This document shows positions 56,301 to 64,000 of a stretch of DNA of 64,000 nt, in pieces. The stretch spans positions 22,444,001-22,508,000 of the forward strand of contig OZ059897.1 in assembly GCA_964057225.1 (NCBI GenBank). Direction: 5' to 3'. Positions within the stretch are counted from its first letter, which is position 1, and every line of letters begins with the position of its first letter. This DNA is from Auanema rhodensis. Lineage: Eukaryota > Animalia > Nematoda. The position numbers and the translations under genes are program-made. The notes under the pieces are model-generated. The model ran no database searches. It saw only the letters and a program-made list of their open reading frames with translations, and was not told where the DNA came from.

Positions 56301-57904
56301 CAAAGTCATGGTTACCATTCACCAATATCAATAAAAATTTGTTTTTAGACTAATATGGACATGGGGAATCTAATTTTGAAAACCGCATCTCTTTATCTTT
56401 CACGTGAAGCGAGTTACATACCAAGTGCACATCACGTGTACATTTAATTAGCATGAATTAAAGTTCACGTAAATTTCAAAGTCATGGTTACCATGCACCA
56501 ATATCAATAAAATTTTGTTTTTAGACTAATATGGACATGGGGAATCTAATTTTGAAAACAGCATCTCTTCATCTTTCACGTGAAGCGAGTTACATACCAA
56601 GTGCACATCACGTGTACATTTAATTAGCATAAATTAAAGTTCACGTAAATTTCAAAGTCATGGTTACCATGCACCAATATCAATAAAAATTTGTTTTTAG
56701 ACTAATATGGACATGGGGATTCTAATTTTGAAAACCGCATCTCTTTATCTTTCACGTGAAGCGAGTTACATACCAAGTGCACATCACGTGTACATTTAAT
56801 TAGCATAAATTAAAGTTCACGTAAATTTCAAAGTCATGGTTACCATGAACCAATATCAATAAAAATTTGTTTTTAGACTAATATGGACATGGGGAATCTA
56901 ATTTTGAAAACCGCATCTCTTCATCTTTCACGTGAAGCGAGTTACATACCAAGTGCACATCACGTGTACATTTAATTAGCATAAATTAAAGTTCACGTAA
57001 ATTTCAAAGTCATGGTTACCATGCACCAATATCAATAAAAATTTGTTTTTAGACTAATATGGACATGGGGATTCTAATTTTGAAAACCGCATCTCTTTAT
57101 CTTTCACGTGAAGCGAGTTACATACCAAGTGCACATCACGTGTACATTTAATTAGCATAAATTAAAGTTCACGTAAATTTCAAAGTCATGGTTACCATGA
57201 ACCAATATCAATAAAAATTTGTTTTTAGACTAATATGGACATGGGGATTCTAATTTTGAAAACCGCATCTCTTTATCTTTCACGTGAAGCGAGTTACATA
57301 CCAAGTGCACATCACGTGTACATTTAATTAGCATAAATTAAAGTTCACGTAAATTTCAAAGTCATGGTTACCATGAACCAATATCAATAAAAATTTGTTT
57401 TTAGACTAATATGGACATGAGGAATCTAATTTTAAAAACCGCATCTCTTTATCTTTCACGTGAAGCGAGTTACATACCAAGTGCACATCACGTGTACATT
57501 TAATTAGCATGAATTAAAGTTCACGTAAATTTCAAAGTCATGGTTACCATGCACCAATATCAATAAAATTTTGTTTTTAGACTAATATGGACATGGGGAA
57601 TCTAATTTTGAAAACAGCATCTCTTTATCTTTCACGTGAAGCGAGTTACATACCAAGTGCACATCACGTGTACATTTAATTAGCATAAATTAAAGTTCAC
57701 GTAAATTTCAAAGTCATGGTTACCATGAACCAATATTGATAAAAATTTGTTTTTAGACTAATATGGACATGGGGAATCTAATTTTGAAAACCGCATCTCT
57801 CTATCTTTCACGTGAAGCGAGTTACATACCAAGTGCACATCACGTGTACATTTAATTAGCATAAATTAAAGTTCACGTAAATTTCAAAGTCATAGTTACC
57901 ATGA
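53329..57904 (+). repeat. Apparently perfect 13-monomer (2288-bp) tandem duplication, monomers 304-316 / 317-329
   Basis: GGGGGAT 53681/55969, CATTC 53857/56145, GATTCT pairs 54737+54913 / 57025+57201, TGAGGA+TTTAAA 55089/57377, TATTGA+CTCTCTAT+CATAGTT 55441/57729. Confidence 0.92.
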
Positions 57905-60368
57905 ACCAATATCAATAAAAATTTGTTTTTAGACTAATATGGACATGGGGAATCTAATTTTGAAAACCGCATCTCTTTATCTTTCACGTGAAGCGAGTTA
58001 CATACCAAGTGCACATCACGTGTACATTTAATTAGCATAAATTAAAGTTCACGTAAATTTCAAAGTCATGGTTACCATGAACCAATATCAATAAAAATTT
58101 GTTTTTAGACTAATATGGACATGGGGAATCTAATTTTGAAAACCGCATCTCTTTATCTTTCACGTGAAGCGAGTTACATACCAAGTGCACATCACGTGTA
58201 CATTTAATTAGCATAAATTAAAGTTCACGTAAATTTCAAAGTCATGGTTACCATGCACCAATATCAATAAAAATTTGTGTTTAGACTAATATGGACATGG
58301 GGGATCTAATTTTGAAAACCGCATCTCTTTATCTTTCACGTGAAGCGAGTTACATACCAAGTGCACATCACGTGTACATTTAATTAGCATAAATTAAAGT
58401 TCACGTAAATTTCAAAGTCATGGTTACCATGAACCAATATCAATAAAAATTTGTTTTTAGACTAATATGGACATGGGGAATCTAATTTTGAAAACCGCAT
58501 CTCTTCATCTTTCACGTGAAGCGAGTTACATACCAAGTGCACATCACGTGTACATTTAATTAGCATAAATTAAAGTTCACGTAAATTTCAAAGTCATGGT
58601 TACCATTCACCAATATCAATAAAAATTTGTTTTTAGACTAATATGGACATGGGGAATCTAATTTTGAAAACCGCATCTCTTTATCTTTCACGTGAAGCGA
58701 GTTACATACCAAGTGCACATCACGTGTACATTTAATTAGCATAAATTAAAGTTCACGTAAATTTCAAAGTCATGGTTACCATGAACCAATATCAATAAAA
58801 ATTTGTTTTTAGACTAATATGGACATGGGGAATCTAATTTTAAAAACCGCATCTCTTTATCTTTCACGTGAAGCGAGTTACATACCAAGTGCACATCACG
58901 TGTACATTTAATTAGCATAAATTAAAGTTCACGTAAATTTCAAAGTCATGGTTACCATGAACCAATATCAATAAAAATTTGTTTTTAGACTAATATGGAC
59001 ATGGGGAATCTAATTTTGAAAACCGCATCTCTTTATCTTTCACGTGAAGCGAGTTACATACCAAGTGCACATCACGTGTACATTTAATTAGCATAAATTA
59101 AAGTTCACGTAAATTTCAAAGTCATGGTTACCATGAACCAATATCAATAAAAATTTGTTTTTAGACTAATATGGACATGGGGAATCTAATTTTGAAAACC
59201 GCATCTCTTTATCTTTCACGTGAAGCGAGTTACATACCAAGTGCACATCACGTGTACATTTAATTAGCATAAATTAAAGTTCACGTAAATTTCAAAGTCA
59301 TGGTTACCATGAACCAATATCAATAAAAATTTGTTTTTAGACTAATATGGACATGGGGAATCTAATTTTGAAAACCGCATCTCTTCATCTTTCACGTGAA
59401 GCGAGTTACATACCAAGTGCACATCACGTGTACATTTAATTAGCATGAATTAAAGTTCACGTAAATTTCAAAGTCATGGTTACCATGCACCAATATCAAT
59501 AAAATTTTGTTTTTAGACTAATATGGACATGGGGAATCTAATTTTGAAAACAGCATCTCTTCATCTTTCACGTGAAGCGAGTTACATACCAAGTGCACAT
59601 CACGTGTACATTTAATTAGCATAAATTAAAGTTCACGTAAATTTCAAAGTCATGGTTACCATGAAGCAATATCAATAACAATTTGTTTTTAGACTAATAT
59701 GGACATTTGGAATCTAATTTTGAAAACCGCATCTCTTTATCTTTCACGTGAAGCGAGTTACATACCAAGTGCACATCACGTGTACATTTAATTAGCATAA
59801 ATTAAAGTTCACGTAAATTTCAAAGTCATGGTTACCATGCACCAATATCAATAAAAATTTGTTTTTAGACTAATATGGACATGGGGATTCTAATTTTGAA
59901 AACAGCATCTCTTTATCTTTCACGTGAAGCGAGTTACATACCAAGTGCACATCACGTGTACATTTAATTAGCATAAATTAAAGTTCACGTAAATTTCAAA
60001 GTCATGGTTACCATGCACCAATATCAATAAAAATTTGTTGTTAGACTAATATGGACATGGGGGATCTAATTTTGAAAACCGCATCTCTTTATCTTTCACG
60101 TGAAGCGAGTTACATACCAAGTGCACATCACGTGTACATTTAATTAGCATGAATTAAAGTTCACGTAAATTTCAAAGTCATGGTTACCATGCACCAATAT
60201 CAATAAAATTTTGTTTTTAGACTAATATGGACATGGGGAATCTAATTTTGAAAACAGCATCTCTTCATCTTTCACGTGAAGCGAGTTACATACCAAGTGC
60301 ACATCACGTGTACATTTAATTAGCATAAATTAAAGTTCACGTAAATTTCAAAGTCATGGTTACCATGA

Positions 60369-63300
60369 ACCAATATCAATAAAAATTTGTTTTTAGACTA
60401 ATATGGACATGGAGAATCTAATTTTGAAAACCGCATCTCTTCATCTTTCACGTGAAGCGAGTTACATACCAAGTGCACATCACGTGTACATTTAATTAGC
60501 ATAAATTAAAGTTCACGTAAATTTCAAAGTCATGGTTACCATTCACCAATATCAACAAAAATTTGTTTTTAGACTAATATGGACATGGGGAATCTAATTT
60601 TGAAAACCGCATCTCTTTATCTTTCACGTGAAGCGAGTTACATACCAAGTGCACATCACGTGTACATTTAATTAGCATAAATTAAAGTTCACGTAAATTT
60701 CAAAGTCATGGTTACCATGAACCAATATCAATAAAAATTTGTTTTTAGACTAATATGGACATGGGGAATCTAATTTTAAAAACCGCATCTCTTTATCTTT
60801 CACGTGAAGCGAGTTACATACCAAGTGCACATCACGTGTACATTTAATTAGCATGAATTAAAGTTCACGTAAATTTCAAAGTCATGGTTACCATGCACCA
60901 ATATCAATAAAATTTTGTTTTTAGACTAATATGGACATGGGGAATCTAATTTTGAAAACAGCATCTCTTCATCTTTCACGTGAAGCGAGTTACATACCAA
61001 GTGCACATCACGTGTACATTTAATTAGCATAAATTAAAGTTCACGTAAATTTCAAAGTCATGGTTACCATGAAGCAATATCAATAACAATTTGTTTTTAG
61101 ACTAATATGGACATTTGGAATCTAATTTTGAAAACCGCATCTCTTTATCTTTCACGTGAAGCGAGTTACATACCAAGTGCACATCACGTGTACATTTAAT
61201 TAGCATAAATTAAAGTTCACGTAAATTTCAAAGTCATGGTTACCATGCACCAATATCAATAAAAATTTGTTTTTAGACTAATATGGACATGGGGATTCTA
61301 ATTTTGAAAACAGCATCTCTTTATCTTTCACGTGAAGCGAGTTACATACCAAGTGCACATCACGTGTACATTTAATTAGCATAAATTAAAGTTCACGTAA
61401 ATTTCAAAGTCATGGTTACCATGCACCAATATCAATAAAAATTTGTTTTTAGACTAATATGGACATGGGGAATCTAATTTTGAAAACCGCATCTCTTTAT
61501 CTTTCACGTGAAGCGAGTTACATACCAAGTGCACATCACGTGTACATTTAATTAGCATAAATTAAAGTTCACGTAAATTTCAAAGTCATGGTTACCATGA
61601 ACCAATATCAATAAAAATTTGTTTTTAGACTAATATGGACATGAGGAATCTAATTTTGAAAACCGTATCTCTTTATCTTTCACGTGAAGCGAGTTACATA
61701 CCAAGTGCACATCACGTGTACATTTAATTAGCATAAATTAAAGTTCACGTAAATTTCAAAGTCATGGTTACCATGCACCAATATCAATAAGAATTTGTTT
61801 TTAGACTAATATGGACATGGGGAATCTAATTTTGAAAACCGCATCTCTTTATCTTTCACGTGAAGCGAGTTACATACCTAGTGCACATCACGTGTACATT
61901 TAATTAGCATAAATTAAAGTTCACGTAAATTTCAAAGTCATAGTTACCATGAACCAATATCAATAAAAATTTGTTTTTAGACTAATATGGACATGGGGAA
62001 TCTAATTTTGAAAACCGCATCTCTTTATCTTTCACGTGAAGCGAGTTACATACCAAGTGCACATCACGTGTACATTTAATTAGCATAAATTAAAGTTCAC
62101 GTAAATTTCAAAGTCATGGTTACCATGCACCAATATCAATAAAAATTTGTTTTTAGACTAATATGGACATGGGGAATCTAATTTTGAAAACCGCATCTCT
62201 TTATCTTTCACGTGAAGCGAGTTACATACCTAGTGCACATCACGTGTACATTTAATTAGCATAAATTAAAGTTCACGTAAATTTCAAAGTCATAGTTACC
62301 ATGAACCAATATCAATAAAAATTTGTTTTTAGACTAATATGGACATGGGGAATCTAATTTTGAAAACCGCATCTCTTTATCTTTCACGTGAAGCGAGTTA
62401 CATACCAAGTGCACATCACGTGTACATTTAATTAGCATAAATTAAAGTTCACGTAAATTTCAAAGTCATGGTTACCATGAACCAATATCAATAAAAATTT
62501 GTTTTTAGACTAATATGGACATGGGGAATCTAATTTTGAAAACCGCATCTCTTTATCTTTCACGTGAAGCGAGTTACATACCAAGTGCACATCACGTGTA
62601 CATTTAATTAGCATAAATTAAAGTTCACGTAAATTTCAAAGTCATGGTTACCATGCACCAATATCAATAAAAATTTGTTTTTAGACTAATATGGACAAGG
62701 GGGAATCTAATTTTGAAAACCGCATCTCTTTATCTTTCACGTGAAGCGAGTTACATACCAAGTGCACATCACGTGTACATTTAATTAGCATAAATTAAAG
62801 TTCACGTAAATTTCAAAGTCATGGTTACCATGAACCAATATCAATAAAAATTTGTTTTTAGACTAATATGGACATGGGGAATCTAATTTTGAAAACCGCA
62901 TCTCTTTATCTTTCACGTGAAGCGAGTTACATACCAAGTGCACATCACGTGTACATTTAATTAGCATAAATTAAAGTTCACGTAAATTTCAAAGTCATGG
63001 TTACCATGAACCAATATCAATAAAAATTTGTATTTAGACTAATATGGACATGGGGAATCTAATTTTGAAAACCGCATCTCTTCATCTTTCACGTGAAGCG
63101 AGTTACATACCAAGTGCACATCACGTGTACATTTAATTAGCATAAATTAAAGTTCACGTAAATTTCAAAGTCATGGTTACCATTCACCAATATCAATAAA
63201 AATTTGTTTTTAGACTAATATGGACATGGGGAATCTAATTTTGAAAACCGCATCTCTTTATCTTTCACGTGAAGCGAGTTACATACCAAGTGCACATCAC

Positions 63301-64000
63301 GTGTACATTTAATTAGCATAAATTAAAGTTCACGTAAATTTCAAAGTCATGGTTACCATGAACCAATATCAATAAAAATTTGTTTTTAGACTAATATGGA
63401 CATGGGGAATCTAATTTTAAAAACCGCATCTCTTTATCTTTCACGTGAAGCGAGTTACATACCAAGTGCACATCACGTGTACATTTAATTAGCATGAATT
63501 AAAGTTCACGTAAATTTCAAAGTCATGGTTACCATGCACCAATATCAATAAAATTTTGTTTTTAGACTAATATGGACATGGGGAATCTAATTTTGAAAAC
63601 AGCATCTCTTCATCTTTCACGTGAAGCGAGTTACATACCAAGTGCACATCACGTGTACATTTAATTAGCATAAATTAAAGTTCACGTAAATTTCAAAGTC
63701 ATGGTTACCATGAAGCAATATCAATAAAAATTTGTTTTTAGACTAATATGGACATTTGGAATCTAATTTTGAAAACCGCATCTCTTTATCTTTCACGTGA
63801 AGCGAGTTACATACCAAGTGCACATCACGTGTACATTTAATTAGCATAAATTAAAGTTCACGTAAATTTCAAAGTCATGGTTACCATGCACCAATATCAA
63901 TAAAAATTTGTTTTTAGACTAATATGGACATGGGGATTCTAATTTTGAAAACAGCATCTCTTTATCTTTCACGTAAAGCGAGTTACATACCAAGTGCACA
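60369..64000 (+). repeat. 6-monomer module (60369-61424) repeated 2641 bp downstream (63010-64000, truncated by window end)
   Basis: Same order in both copies: CTTCAT+CATTC, near-consensus, TTTAAA+GCATGA, AAATTTT+ACAGC, AGC+CATTTGG, GATTCT+ACAGC. Confidence 0.8.

Larger units (their letters stand above)
1..64000. repeat. Tandem satellite DNA array, 176-bp monomer, about 363.6 copies, candidate centromeric/pericentromeric satellite; runs to both window edges
   Basis: The monomer start (ACCAATATCA or a variant) recurs at 1, 177, 353 and so on. Phase is exact at every 2640-bp checkpoint (2641, 5281 ... 60721 = 15 x 176 steps). A +1 shift follows about 62,700, and the last monomer starts at 63,890. 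No non-satellite sequence or strand switch was seen. The centromeric role is inferred only. Confidence 0.99.

Noticed and set aside
1-64000. CRISPR array or other repeat-spacer system
   Set aside because: The palindromes resemble direct repeats superficially, but the sequence between them is as conserved as they are. There are no unique spacers, leader or cas genes.
1-64000. Hidden insertion, inversion or transposon remnant
   Set aside because: The 176-bp phase is retained at all checkpoints apart from the single +1 near 62,700, and every line read matches the monomer in + orientation.

Overview
The whole 64,000-bp window is one uninterrupted, head-to-tail, single-orientation tandem satellite array. 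The monomer is 176 bp and about 32% GC (56/176 by hand count of the consensus), giving 363 complete monomers plus a 111-bp partial one. Consensus, phased from base 1: ACCAATATCAATAAAAATTTGTTTTTAGACTAATATGGACATGGGGAATCTAATTTTGAAAACCGCATCTCTTTATCTTTCACGTGAAGCGAGTTACATACCAAGTGCACATCACGTGTACATTTAATTAGCATAAATTAAAGTTCACGTAAATTTCAAAGTCATGGTTACCATGA. Most monomers differ from it by 0-4 substitutions, and I saw only one indel (about 62,700). I found no genes, RNA genes, transposons or CRISPR spacers. Nucleosome-scale length, AT richness, high homogeneity and dyad symmetries fit a eukaryotic centromeric or pericentromeric satellite, but that is inference and I cannot name the family or organism. The hidden structure lies in the variant positions. 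They reveal many local block duplications with periods of 3, 7, 8, 9, 12, 13, 15 and 23 monomers rather than one regular higher-order repeat (HOR). They also show spatial domains of private variants, recombinant monomers, mutation hotspots and an apparently invariant palindromic/E-box core. All variant mapping was done by eye and needs computational confirmation.
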